From NCBI GenBank assembly GCA_963792455.1, contig CAWBWA010000005.1, positions 10,010-74,009 of the forward strand: DNA of 64,000 bases, read 5' to 3'. The DNA comes from an uncultured Thermoleophilia bacterium. GTDB lineage: Bacteria > Actinomycetota > Thermoleophilia > Gaiellales > Gaiellaceae. Positions 18,573 to 28,880 of the stretch are shown here, one piece after another. Made by a program: the position numbers and the translations under genes. Position 1 is the first letter of the stretch. Each line of letters starts with the position of its first letter. The notes beneath the pieces were generated by a model, which did not search any database, had not been told where the DNA came from, and saw only the letters and a list, made by a program, of their open reading frames with translations.

Positions 18573-19704
18573 CCGTTCCGCTGCCCTCGCCACTCTCCAG
18601 CCGAAGCTCTCCTCCGAGGGCCTCGACACGGTCGGCGAGCCCTCGCAGTCCGGTGCCGCCCGTCGGGTCTGCGCCGCCGCTCCCGTTGTCTCGGATCTCG
18701 ACGATGACGGCGTCGGTCGTCGTCGAGAGCTCGACGAAGGCTTCGGAGGCGCCGGCGTGCTTCGCCGCGTTGGTGAGGCTTTCGGCGACCACGTAGTAGA
18801 CGGCGGCTTCGACTGCTTCGGGAAGACGGGCCGGCGCGCCACCGGCGACCTCGACCGGGAACGGGGCGCGGGTGGCGAGCGACTGCAGGGCGGGGACGAG
18901 CCCGCGGTCTGTGAGGATCGCCGGGTGCAGGCCACGAGCGAGCTCCTGGAGCTCTTCGAGCGCGCGTTTCAGATCCTCGCCAACGCCCTCGAGCAGTGCC
19001 TCTGCCGCCGCCGGGTCCTCGCGCACGCACTCCTGGGCCATCCGCAGGTGAAGAGAGAGGGTGACGAGACGCTGCTGAGCGCCGTCGTGAAGGTCGCGTT
19101 CGAGTCGCCGGCGCTCCGCGACACTGGCCTCGACGATGCGCGCACGTGAGGCCGTCAACTGATCGTGTGCCTCGGCGCTCTCGAGGGCGAGCGCAACGAG
19201 CTGCGTGAAGTCGGCGAGACGCTGCTCCGCGTTCGGTGGGAAGTAGTTGGCGCGCGCCGAGAAGACGAAGAGGGCACCCCAAAGCCGGCCGCCCGCGGTA
19301 ATCGGTGCCACGACCGAAGATCGGTAGCCGGCGAGGCGGGTGAGCCGTGCCGCTTCGCCCGGGACGTCCGAGTAGTCGTCGATGCGGCCCCCCTGATGTG
19401 ACGCGCGGTTCACCGGGCTTCCCTGGGCGCTGTACGGAACCTTCGTTCCGACTTCGATCCCGGCGCCTTCGCCGTCGTTCCAGGACCCGACGATGAGGCC
19501 GCAATCCGGCTCCCATCGAACGGTGGCGGCGGTCCGCGCTCCGAGGAGCCGCCCGGCCTCCTCGGCAACCGTCTGGAACACCTCCTCCGGCGTGGCGCCG
19601 GACGCGACGAGAGTCGCCACCCGACGGAGCGCGGCCTGCTCATCGGCGAGATGACTCGGAGCACGACGGTTCATCACGCTGACCCTAACGCCCGCCTCTC
19701 CCAT
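18544..19704 (-). CDS. Soluble GAF-HisKA_3-HATPase histidine kinase
   Basis: EQAALRRVATLVA, ERRRLERDLHDGAQQRL, ESLTNAAKHA, DNGSGG, GTGLRGLADRV; start may be ATG 19674. Confidence 0.94.
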   Translation of the reverse strand: MGEAGVRVSVMNRRAPSHLADEQAALRRVATLVASGATPEEVFQTVAEEAGRLLGARTAATVRWEPDCGLIVGSWNDGEGAGIEVGTKVPYSAQGSPVNRASHQGGRIDDYSDVPGEAARLTRLAGYRSSVVAPITAGGRLWGALFVFSARANYFPPNAEQRLADFTQLVALALESAEAHDQLTASRARIVEASVAERRRLERDLHDGAQQRLVTLSLHLRMAQECVREDPAAAEALLEGVGEDLKRALEELQELARGLHPAILTDRGLVPALQSLATRAPFPVEVAGGAPARLPEAVEAAVYYVVAESLTNAAKHAGASEAFVELSTTTDAVIVEIRDNGSGGADPTGGTGLRGLADRVEALGGELRLESGEGSGTVIRAELPLR

Positions 19705-19727
19705 CCACGTCGGAGCCGGAAGAAAAG

Positions 19728-19745
19728 AGTCGGGCTAGCCACACT
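19728..19745. promoter_or_regulatory. Degenerate 7-4-7 site between kinase and receiver genes
   Basis: agtcggg-ctag-ccacact. Confidence 0.5.
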
Positions 19746-19778
19746 GCGCACAGCCGCCCACGCAGGCAGGATCCTCGT

Positions 19779-20141
19779 ATGCGCCGACGGATTCTCGTCA
19801 TTGACGACAACACCGCGTTCCGCGCCGCGGTGGGTCAGCTACTTGCGACGGACAACTTCGTTGTCGTGGCTGGGGCCGCAACCGGCGCAAGTGGCGTCCA
19901 GCTTGCGAGCGAACACAAACCCGACCTGGTGATCGTCGACGTGCAGCTACCGGACACCGACGGGTTCGACGTCGCGGAGCAACTCGCTCAGCTCGAGCCG
20001 GGTCTCGAAGTGATCCTCACCTCGAGCCTCGACAGCAGCGATCTCGGAGCGCTCGTGACGGAGAGCTCCGCGCGTGGCTTCATCCCGAAGGCCGAGCTCT
20101 CGGCCCCGGCGATCGAAGCACTCCTCGCGCCGACACGGTAA
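19779..20141 (+). CDS. Stand-alone receiver-domain protein
   Basis: ILVIDDN, VDVQLPDTDG, ILTSS, GFIPK; no output domain. Confidence 0.92.
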   Translation: MRRRILVIDDNTAFRAAVGQLLATDNFVVVAGAATGASGVQLASEHKPDLVIVDVQLPDTDGFDVAEQLAQLEPGLEVILTSSLDSSDLGALVTESSARGFIPKAELSAPAIEALLAPTR

Positions 20142-20189
20142 CGGGAGCTCACGCTCACAGAAGGCGCTATTTCGGGAACAATACGCGGC

Positions 20190-20876
20190 GTCGACGTCGA
20201 ACACCCCGATCCCGAGCACGTCCAGGCACCGATTCGCGTCGCCCTCGCCGAGGACTCGGTGCTCCTGCGTGAGGGCATCGCCCGTCTGCTGACGGACAAG
20301 GGATTCGAGATCGTCGGGCAAAGCGGCACGGCCGAGGATCTGCTGCTGAAGGTCCGCTCGTACAACCCCGACATCGCGATCGTGGACATCAAGATGCCGC
20401 CGACGCACACCGACGAAGGTCTGCGCGCGGCAAAAGAGATCCGCGAAAAGCACCCCGGCACTGCGGTGCTCGTCCTCTCCCAGTACGTCGAGGAAGGCTA
20501 CGCGCTCGAGCTCCTCCAGACGAGCACCGAAGGCGTCGGCTACCTCCTGAAAGACAGGGTCTACGACCTGACCGACTTCGTCGCCGCAGTCAAGCGTGTG
20601 GCCGAAGGTGGCTCCGCGCTCGACCCGAGCGTTGTCTCCCAGCTCGTGGGCCGGCGACGCCGCGACGACCCGATCGGCGACCTGAGCCCTCGCGAGCGAG
20701 AGGTTCTGGCACTGATGGCAGAAGGACTCTCGAACTCGGCGATCGCCGCCCGCGTGTTCCTGACAGAGCGGGGCGTCGAGAAGCACGTCACGAGCATCTT
20801 CCAGAAGCTGCGCCTTCCCGTGGCCGCCGACACGCACCGGCGCGTTCTCGCCGTCGTCGCCTTCCTGCAGTCCTAG
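20190..20876 (+). CDS. NarL/LuxR-family response regulator (start uncertain)
   Basis: IRVALAEDSVLLREG, DIKMPP, GYLLK, LSPREREVLALMAEGLSN..VEKHVTSIFQKL. Confidence 0.94.
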   Translation, partial: VDVEHPDPEHVQAPIRVALAEDSVLLREGIARLLTDKGFEIVGQSGTAEDLLLKVRSYNPDIAIVDIKMPPTHTDEGLRAAKEIREKHPGTAVLVLSQYVEEGYALELLQTSTEGVGYLLKDRVYDLTDFVAAVKRVAEGGSALDPSVVSQLVGRRRRDDPIGDLSPREREVLALMAEGLSNSAIAARVFLTERGVEKHVTSIFQKLRLPVAADTHRRVLAVVAFLQS

Positions 20877-20884
20877 CCGGCACC

Positions 20885-20995
20885 GAAACGGTGTGGGCAG
20901 CCACACCAAAGCCGCGAGCGAGCCTCATTTCCGATCGGCGCGCCGGAGTGCGAGCGTGCACTCGTACCCAGAACCCCAAGAAGGAGCCGGAAATG
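20885..20995 (+). promoter_or_regulatory. Promoter-leader module, copy 1
   Basis: Perfect ggtgtgg-gcag-ccacacc, then gcgagcgagcctcatttccg, gagtgcgagcgtg and aaggagccggaaatg. Confidence 0.8.
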
Positions 20996-22093
20996 AAGGA
21001 ATTCACTGAGACCAACCCGAACCAGGGCGACCTCGACCGCATCAGCCCCTCAGCAGAGAACGCGCAACCGACGGCGACAGGGTCGCTGGCCGGGCAGCGG
21101 ATGCTGGCGATTGTCCAGAAGGAGTACGGCACGGCGGACGTGTTGGCTCTGGCCGAGATCGAGCGACCGACGATCGCAGCCGACGAGGTGCTGGTGCAGG
21201 TCCACGCCGCCGGCCTCGATCGAGGAACCTGGCACCTGATGGCCGGCATGCCCTATGCCGCCCGCCTGATGGCTGGACTGCGCGCGCCGAAGAACCCTGT
21301 TCCTGGCCTCGATGTGGCGGGAGTGGTGGTCGCGGTCGGCAGTGAGGTCACGCGCTTCCAGCCTGGAGACGAGGTCTTCGGTGTCAGCAAGGGCTCGTTT
21401 GCCGAGTTCGCCGCCGCCCGCGAGGACAAGCTGGCGCCCAAACCGTCGAGGCTGACCTTCGAACAGGCGGCTGCCGTACCGGTTTCCGGGATGACCGCGC
21501 TGCGCGGACTCAGCGACGTCGGCACGACTCGAGGCCGGACAGAAGGTGCTGATCGTCGGCGCGTCGGGCGGTGTCGGCAGCTACGCCGTGCAGATCGCCA
21601 AGGCACTTGAAGCGGAAGTCACCGGTGTTTGCAGCACGAGCAAGCTCGACCTGGTGCGCTCGATCGGCGCAGACCACGTGGTCGACTACAGCAAGGACGA
21701 CTTCGCCGACGGGGAGACGACGCTACGACCTGATCCTCGACATCGGCGGCAACTCAGCGCTCTCGCGGTTGCGTCGGGCGCTCGCTCCCAAGGGCACGCT
21801 CGTCATCGTCGGCGGCGAAGGTGGAGGCAACTGGATCGGAATGAGTCGGCAACTGCGAGCGCTCGCACTCTCACCGTTCGTCGGCCAGCGACTGACCATG
21901 CTCGTGCCCAAAGGAGCACTACACGTTCCTCGAACGCCTGACCGAACTGATCGAGAATGACCAACTGGTGCCGGTCATCGAACAGATCTACTCGCTCGGT
22001 GAGATGCCTGACGCGATGCGACAGCTCGTAGCGGGACGTGCACGTGGCAAGCTCGTCATCACCATCATCGATCCGACCGCGCGAACCAGCTGA
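20993..22093 (+). CDS. MDR-family NAD(P)-dependent oxidoreductase (quinone reductase-like; frameshifted)
   Basis: VLVQVHAAG, PGLDVAGVV, GASGGVG, GADHVVDY, YDLILDIGG, ARGKLVI across ORFs 20891, 21546 and 21571. Confidence 0.9.
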
Positions 22094-22205
22094 TAGTCGG
22101 TCGGGGCGGCATGCCGTGACCGCGCGCGCTCGCGTGCTGCACCGGCTGAGTACTGACTACCGACGCGCCGCGGTCAGGGTGGTGCGAGTTCGGCGAGCGC
22201 AGGCA

Positions 22206-22232
22206 TCCCGGAAACAGCAACGTTTCTTGTCG
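22206..22232 (+). promoter_or_regulatory. Shared operator/promoter motif, copy 1
   Basis: tcccggaaacagcaacgtttcttgtcg; matches 24121-24147. Confidence 0.7.
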
Positions 22233-22261
22233 TGGCCGTGCTGTACGGGCAGTCTCGGCTT

Positions 22262-23203
22262 ATGACTGATTTCGATGTTCTTGTTGTGGGCGGCGGAGCG
22301 GCTGGTTTGTCGGCGGCGTTGGTTTTGTCGCGTGCTCGCCGTCGCGTTCTCGTCGTAGATGGCGGGATGCCGAGGAACGCGCCGGCATCCCAGATGCACG
22401 GCTTCCTTTCGCGTGATGGCTTCTCGCCGAGCGAGCTTCTTGAGCTCGGCCGCGAAGAGGTGGCTGGCTACTGCGGTCAGGTCGTTGATGCTTCCGTCGC
22501 CGGGGTCGAGAGCCACACCACTGGGTTTCGCGTCGCTCTTGACAGTGGCCTCTCGGTTTCCTCCCGACGGCTGCTTGTCGCCACCGGCCTTCGGGATGAG
22601 CTGCCTGAGATCCCGGGCTTGCGAGAGCGGTGGGCGCGAGATGTGCTCCATTGCCCCTACTGCCACGGCTTCGAGGTTCGCGACCAGGTTCTCGGAGTTC
22701 TCGGCTGGGCGCCTGGAGCGGCCGGTTATACGCAGATCGTTCGTCAGTGGTCAGAAGACGTCGTCTTCCTGGCCTCCGACGGAACCCTGACTGAGGCGGA
22801 GCGCGAAGGACTGACTGCTCGTTCGATCGCCGTTGTTGACGGGGCAGTCGAGCGGGTTCTCGCTCCTGATGATCGGCTGCTTGGCGTCCAGCTCAAAGAC
22901 GGTCGGACCGTTGAGTTCGACGCTCTGTTCGTGCCGCCGCGCTTTGTTCCAAACGATGCGCTGCTCGTCGAGCTTGGCTGCGACCTGGACGATAACGGCT
23001 GGGCTGTCATAGACAGCAACGGCCGGACGAGCGTCGCGGGCGTGTGGGTCGCCGGCAACGTCGCGAACGCGCGCGCGCAGGTGATCACCGCGGCCGGCGA
23101 AGGATCGGCGGCGGCGATTGCGCTCAACGCGGATCTCGTCGCCGACGACGTCGCTCGTGCCCTCACAGCCCCTGAGCCTGCTTCCCGAATCAAGACCTAC
23201 TGA
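22262..23203 (+). CDS. TrxB-like FAD oxidoreductase (CPYC; GliT/HlmI-like)
   Basis: GGGAAGLSAA, PRN, LLVATG, HCPYCHG, TSVAGVWVAGN. Confidence 0.92.
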   Translation: MTDFDVLVVGGGAAGLSAALVLSRARRRVLVVDGGMPRNAPASQMHGFLSRDGFSPSELLELGREEVAGYCGQVVDASVAGVESHTTGFRVALDSGLSVSSRRLLVATGLRDELPEIPGLRERWARDVLHCPYCHGFEVRDQVLGVLGWAPGAAGYTQIVRQWSEDVVFLASDGTLTEAEREGLTARSIAVVDGAVERVLAPDDRLLGVQLKDGRTVEFDALFVPPRFVPNDALLVELGCDLDDNGWAVIDSNGRTSVAGVWVAGNVANARAQVITAAGEGSAAAIALNADLVADDVARALTAPEPASRIKTY

Positions 23204-23231
23204 ACAACTTCAACTGACTGGAGGAATTGTG

Positions 23232-23483
23232 ATGACGACCACTGAGAACGTTCAACCAAAGATCGCCGGGCCCCCGAGCCGGCACCAGCTTGCGCTGATG
23301 ATCTGGCTCTGCGTCTTCCCGACGCTGACCGTGATCAACCTGCTGCTCGGCAGCTGGTTGGGAACACTCTCACCTGTTGTGCGCACGTTCGTGCTCGCGA
23401 CGATCGCAGTGCCGATCGTGATCTACGGGCAGATGCCCCACGTGCAGCGGCTCCGCCAGCGTCTGATCGCCCGCCAGCGCTAA
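23232..23483 (+). CDS. Small two-TM membrane protein
   Basis: RBS ggagg; PPSRHQLALMIWLCVFPTL...VPIVIYGQMP. Confidence 0.75.
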   Translation: MTTTENVQPKIAGPPSRHQLALMIWLCVFPTLTVINLLLGSWLGTLSPVVRTFVLATIAVPIVIYGQMPHVQRLRQRLIARQR

Positions 23484-23490
23484 CACGCGA

Positions 23491-24096
23491 TCACGAACCG
23501 TGGCTGTGGCTGCCACCCTCGCGTGGCTTGGCGCGAACGTGCGGGTGGTGGCCGTCGCGGTTGTGAAGACTGAGAACCTCGACGGGCTGGTCGTCGGCCG
23601 GGCCGAACCAGTGAGGAAGCTTCGTGTCGAACTCAGCAACCTCACCGGCGCCCATCGTGATGTCGTGCTCACCGAGGATTAGCCGCATCCGTCCGCTGAG
23701 GACGTACAGCCATTCGTAGCCACCGTGGATACGGAGCTCGGGCTCGCCCTTCTCGGGAGGGATCAGGACCTTCCAGGCGTTGACGCCGGTGTTGCTCTCG
23801 CTGAGCGGGATGACAATACGACCGTTGCGCTTCCGGGCTTTCGGCCTGATCCGCGGATCTCCGATCTCGGTGGCGCCGACGAGCTCGTCGAGCGGCACGC
23901 GATGCGCTTTAGCGATCGGTAACAGCAGCTCGAGGCTCGGTTTGCGCTGGCCGGTTTCGAGTCGCGAGAGCGTGCTCTTCGAAATGCCTGTGATCGCGGC
24001 GAGGTCGGTGAGTGTCACTCCACGATGCGTCCGCAGCCGTTTCAGCCGCGACCCGACCTCTGCAAGGACGGCTGTTATGTCCGCTGAGGACTCCAT
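23491..24096 (-). CDS. XRE-family HTH-cupin regulator
   Basis: RLKRLR..TLTDLA..TGISKSTLSRLETGQRKPSL; HGGYEWLYVLSG; FDTKLPHW. Confidence 0.94.
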   Translation of the reverse strand: MESSADITAVLAEVGSRLKRLRTHRGVTLTDLAAITGISKSTLSRLETGQRKPSLELLLPIAKAHRVPLDELVGATEIGDPRIRPKARKRNGRIVIPLSESNTGVNAWKVLIPPEKGEPELRIHGGYEWLYVLSGRMRLILGEHDITMGAGEVAEFDTKLPHWFGPADDQPVEVLSLHNRDGHHPHVRAKPREGGSHSHGS

Positions 24097-24120
24097 CTCC
24101 CCGTCCAGTCAACCACCTCG

Positions 24121-24147
24121 TCCCGGAAATGGCAACGATTCTTGTTG
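24121..24147 (+). promoter_or_regulatory. Shared operator/promoter motif, copy 2
   Basis: tcccggaaatggcaacgattcttgttg, between the divergent XRE and MMPL genes. Confidence 0.7.
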
Positions 24148-24204
24148 GTCGCGAGGAGGTGCCGCAGGGTGGTTCAGACAACGTGTGTCCACTCGAAGGA
24201 GAGA

Positions 24205-26353
24205 ATGATGACCCGTCTCGCCGATCTGATTCTCAACCATAAGCGCCTCGTCGTTGCCTTCTGGGCGCTCGTCACCGTCGCCGCCTTCGTCGCGGTCGGC
24301 CCTGCAGGAAACTCGCTCTCACAGGAGTTCAACATCCCCGGTCGCGAAGGCTTCGAGACCAACCGTGAGATCGCCGAGGTCTACGGCAACGGCGGCGACG
24401 TCGCACCGCTCGTCCCCGTCGTCACACTGCCGAAGGGAACGACAGTCGACTCTGCTGGTGTCACTGCGGAGCTCGCCGTCGCCCTCGCGAAGGTCAAGCA
24501 GGCGATGCCGAACGTTCGGATCGCCTCCTATGCCTCCACGCACGACCGCGCCTTCGTCTCGAAGGACGGCCGCACCACGTTCGCACTCGTCTACCACCCG
24601 GCCGTCGGCGGCGTTGACCCCGGCCAGGTCGAGGCCCGGCAGGCGGAGGCCGCGCTCACCGGCGTCACCGTCGGCGGATCGGCCGTTCGGGTCACAGGCC
24701 TGAACGCGCTCCGTGCCTCGGCTGCCGAGAACCGCGGCGGCACAGGCGTTCTCTTGGAGACACTGCTCGGAGCTCTCGGGGCGTTGCTTGTCCTCGTCTT
24801 CGTATTCCGGTCATTTATGGCGCTCGTGCCGATGCTGATGGCCGCAGTCGCGATTCCGACCACCTTCCTCCTGATCTGGCCTATCGCATCGGTCACCGAT
24901 GTCTCCGTGATCGTGCAGTTCCTCGTCGCTCTGATCGGGCTCGGGATCGCGATCGACTACGCGCTCCTCGTTGTCGTCCGCTGGAGGGAAGAGCGAATGG
25001 GCGGCGCCGTCGCGAACGAGATCGCCGTTCGCAACGCGATGAAGCACGCCGGCTCCTCCGTCGTCTTCAGCGGCACGACCGTGGCGATCTCGCTGCTCTC
25101 CCTGCTTGCCCTGCCGATGCCAGCGCTGCGCAGCATCGGCATCGCCGGCCTCCTGATCGCACTCGTCAGCGTCGCTCTCGCCAACACGCTTCTGCCTGTT
25201 GTTCTGGCGACGGTTGGCCCGCGGCTCGACTGGCCCCGCTCGACCCGAGACCACAGCGCAAGCCGCGCCTGGTCAGCGTGGGCCCGAATAATCGTCCGCC
25301 ACCGCTACCTGGCTGCGATCGCTTCGACCGCTGTTCTCGCCGCACTCGTCGTCGCGGCGTCGCACGATCCAGCTCGGAAACCCACAGGCCGACTCGCTGG
25401 CCCAGAAGGGTGCTGCCCGTGTCGGACTCGAACAGCTGAAGGACTCCGGCATCGGCACCGGGCCGATCTCACCCTTCGAGGCGCTCGTCCATTCCGGTAA
25501 CCCGGCCGCGGTCGCCGTCGCGATCGCAAAGGTCGACGGCGTCCAGAGCACCGCCATCCCGACCGAGTGGCGCCGCAACGGCACCGCGATCGTGACCGTG
25601 ATCCCGACAGAGGACGGCAACTCGGCGGCCGGCCGGGCGACACTCGAGCGGATCAGGGCAGCGAACATCGAGAACGCAACCGTCGGCGGCGAGGCGGCAC
25701 AGAGCGCCGACTTCCTCGACGCCGTTTACGGCAACTTCCCGCTGATGATCCTCGCGATCAGCGTGCTCACCTTCATCCTCCTCGCCCGCGCCTTCCGCTC
25801 GATCATCCTGCCGCTGAAGGCCGTCCTCCTCAACCTCCTCTCGGTCGCTGCTGCGTGGGGACTGACGGTGCTCGTCTGGCAGGACGGCTTCGGCTCGAAC
25901 GCGATCTGGGGCATCGAAGCGACCCAGGCGATCAACGTCGAGATGCCGATCGTGATCTTCGCCTTCCTGTTCGGTATCTCGATGGACTACCAGGTCTTCA
26001 TCATCAGCCGGATGCGCGAGGCCTACGACCGCACCGGTTCGACCGAGACCGCCGTAGTCGAAGGGATCGGACGCACCGGCCGGCTCGTCACCAGTGCCGC
26101 CCTGATCCTGTTCCTCGCCTTCGTCGCCTTCAGCGCATCGCCCGGCACCGAAGCGAAGATGTTCGCGACTGCGCTCGGCGGCGGCATCCTGATCGACGCG
26201 ACGATCATCCGCGGCGTCCTCGCCCCGGCCGCCGTCGCGATGCTCGGACGCTGGAACTGGTGGCTCCCCGCCTGGGCCGCCTGGCTCCTGCGCGTCGAGT
26301 CCTCCGAAATCACACAACCGGCCGAGCCTGACGCCATCACGCAAGCCGCCTAG
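24205..26353 (+). CDS. MMPL-family (RND) transporter (frameshift near 25360)
   Basis: GLGIAIDYALLVVVRWREE, FSGTTVAIS, FGISMDYQVFIISRMRE, GRLVTSAA, IDATIIR, WNWWLP. Confidence 0.93.
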
Positions 26354-26368
26354 TCGACCCATCTCACC

Positions 26369-26400
26369 GAGGGAGCGGGCGAACACCAGCCCGCTCCCTC
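26369..26400 (+). terminator. Hairpin terminator
   Basis: gagggagcgggc-N8-gcccgctccctc, 15 bp after the MMPL stop. Confidence 0.75.
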
Positions 26401-26446
26401 AAACCGACGCGCGCTAGCGAGCGCGCCCCGTTAGGAGGACGAAGCA

Positions 26447-26776
26447 ATGACCAGCCCATCAACCACACGGCAACCCGGAAATGCGCGCGGGGGATGCTCG
26501 ATCTCGCGGTCGCCAATCCATATCCGTCGCAGCCGCATCACCGATCTACCCCAGCTACGGAAAATGGCACGACGTCAGGGACGGGAACTTCCAGACGGAA
26601 TTTTCCTGGTCGCCGAGATCAGCAGCACCATCGTCGCCGCCGCCCCAGTCGACAAAGGTGATCTCGCATTCGGGAGCCCAGACCCCTGCAGCGAACAGCT
26701 CCAGGAGTTACTGCGTCGCAGCTACACGGGAGCTACGCCGCTGCCAGCGAGCGGTACCGAGCGAGGCTCGTGCTGA
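26447..26776 (+). CDS. Small hypothetical protein (partial GNAT-like)
   Basis: RBS aggagg; IRRSRITDLPQL...FLVAEISSTIVAA. Confidence 0.55.
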   Translation: MTSPSTTRQPGNARGGCSISRSPIHIRRSRITDLPQLRKMARRQGRELPDGIFLVAEISSTIVAAAPVDKGDLAFGSPDPCSEQLQELLRRSYTGATPLPASGTERGSC

Positions 26777-27032
26777 TCGACCAGATGACGAGTGCTAGGA
26801 CGCCGGGGAAGAAGCCAAAGCCGTAGAGACTGTCTTCACCGAGACCCGCGATGAGGGTGAGGAACGTGATCAGGAACGACACGGCGCCGACGATCGCGAC
26901 GATGCCGATCCAGCGCGCGAAGACGCCGCTGCGAAGGATCAGCAACCCGGCAGCCATCAGCAGCGTGGCGAACCCCATCGCGGAAACCAGGAACGGCCCG
27001 GCCGAGGTTGTCGCGACCGCGCGACTCACCAC
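26733..27032 (-). pseudogene. C-terminal remnant of a membrane protein (DUF4386-like)
   Basis: GLLILRSGVFARWIGIVAIV...LALVIWSI; no RBS, and the 5' part is cut off near the copy-2 promoter. Confidence 0.55.
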
Positions 27033-27078
27033 AGGATCGACGTCTTCCCCTTCGGAGGTCGGAAGAGGTCAAGCCTCG

Positions 27079-27190
27079 GAAACGGTGTGGCCAGCTACAC
27101 CGAATGCGCGAGCGAGCCTCATTTCCGTTTAGCCGACTGAGTGCGAGCGTGAGGTCATACCCGAAACCCTCCCAGAAGGAGCCGGAAATG
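27079..27190 (+). promoter_or_regulatory. Promoter-leader module, copy 2
   Basis: ggtgtgg-ccag-ctacacc, gcgagcgagcctcatttccg, gagtgcgagcgtg, aaggagccggaaatg; colinear with 20885-20995. Confidence 0.8.
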
Positions 27191-28747
27191 ACCGCACGCA
27201 GCCACACTCCCACGTCCGTCCTGAAGCGAATGACGGCCATGCATCACGGAAGGAAGACTTCTCCAACGACATCTGTAACAGACCGCAGGTCACCGCCACG
27301 AGCATCGACCCGGTGACTCCGAGTCGCCGGCCGGCAAGGGCCGTGGCGTCCTCCTGTTCGTGCTGCTGATCGCCCAGCTGATGGTGATCCTCGACATCAC
27401 GGCCGTGAACATCGCGCTGCCGAGCCTCGCCCGGGATCTCCAGCTGAGTGGGTCGACGGTCAGCTGGACGATCACGAGCTACTCGCTCGTCTTCGGCAGC
27501 CTGCTCCTCTTCGGCGGCCGGTTGGCCGACCTGGTGGGCCGCAAGCGCATGTTCCTGACCGGCCTCGGCGTATTCACCGTCTCGTCGGTCGCCTCCGCCC
27601 TGGCAGGCACCGCCGCGGCACTGTTCGCAGCACGGGCCGGCCAGGGCCTCGGCGCCGCAATGCTCTCGCCGGCCGCCCTGTCCATCATCACGACGGCCTT
27701 TCAGGGCAAGCAGCGCGCGAAGGCGCTCGCTGCCTGGGGTGCGGTCGGCGGCGCCGGCGCCGCCATCGGCGTCCTCGTCGGCGGCCTCCTCACCGAAGTG
27801 GCCGACTGGCGCCTCATCTTCTACGTGAACATCCCCGTCGCAATCGGGCTCGCAGTCGCCGCACTGAAGGTCATCCCGCGCGACGTCTCCAAGCCGCGCT
27901 GGCGCGGCCTCGACCTGCCGGGCGCCGCTGCTCGGAACCGCCAGCCTCGCCACGCTCGTCTACGCGATCACCCAGGCAGACCACGCCGGCTGGGGCTCGA
28001 CCCAGACGATCGGGCTCGCAACGCTTGGCCTCGTGGGGCTCGGCAGCTTCGCAGCCTGGGAACGCCGGACCGAGAAGCCCCTGCTGCGGGTCGAGCGACT
28101 CGCCGACCGCGCCGTCGGCGGCGGCCTGTTCCTGATGCTCGTCGCGGCCGGCTCGATCTTCGGCCTCTTCCTCCTCTGCTCGCTCTACCTGCAAAACGTG
28201 CTCGGCACGAACCCGCTGATGACCGGCCTCGCCTTCATCCCGCTCGCCCTCTCGGCCGGGCTCGGCGCCCACGCCTCCGCCCACATCGTCGGGCGCCACG
28301 GCGTCCGCATGCCGCTCGCCTCGGCATTCCTGATCTCCGCCACCGGAATGGCTCTCCTCGCCCACGTCGGCGAGAACGGCACCTACCTCCGCAACGTCCT
28401 CCCCGGGATGCTCGTCGCCGGCTTCGGGCTCGGAATCGCCGTCGTCTCCGTCTCGATCGCAATCCTGACCGGCTCCCGCGAGGACGAATCCGGAATGATC
28501 TCCGGCCTCAACTCGACCGGCCACGAGATCGGCGGCACGATCGGGATCGCCATCTTCTCGACGATCGCAGCCGGCGCCACCGGAGCACTCGGCGGCGCGC
28601 ACGCCGCCTCCGGGCATCGCTCACGCCTTCGTGGCAGCCGGAGTCCTCACTGGTGTCGCAAGCCTGGTCGCATTCGCGATCCTCCCGCACGCTCGCGACT
28701 TCGTGCCCAAGCTCCGCCTCAACCCCCAGACGATGCCGATCCACTGA
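27188..28747 (+). CDS. DHA2 (EmrB/QacA) MFS transporter (frameshifted)
   Basis: LDITAVNIALP, GGRLADLVGRKR, RAGQGLG, WRLIFYVNIP, SLYLQ, GGTIGIA. Confidence 0.92.
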
Positions 28748-28880
28748 GATCACGCAGAGCACGACTCCCGCGCCGGCGCCGCCGGCGCCTGACGCAGACA
28801 CGAGCGTCGCGGCAATCCTCGCCGCGGCGCTCGATTTCGTGGCGCGAACGCCAGCGATCGAGTCGGGCCCTTCTCGACGC

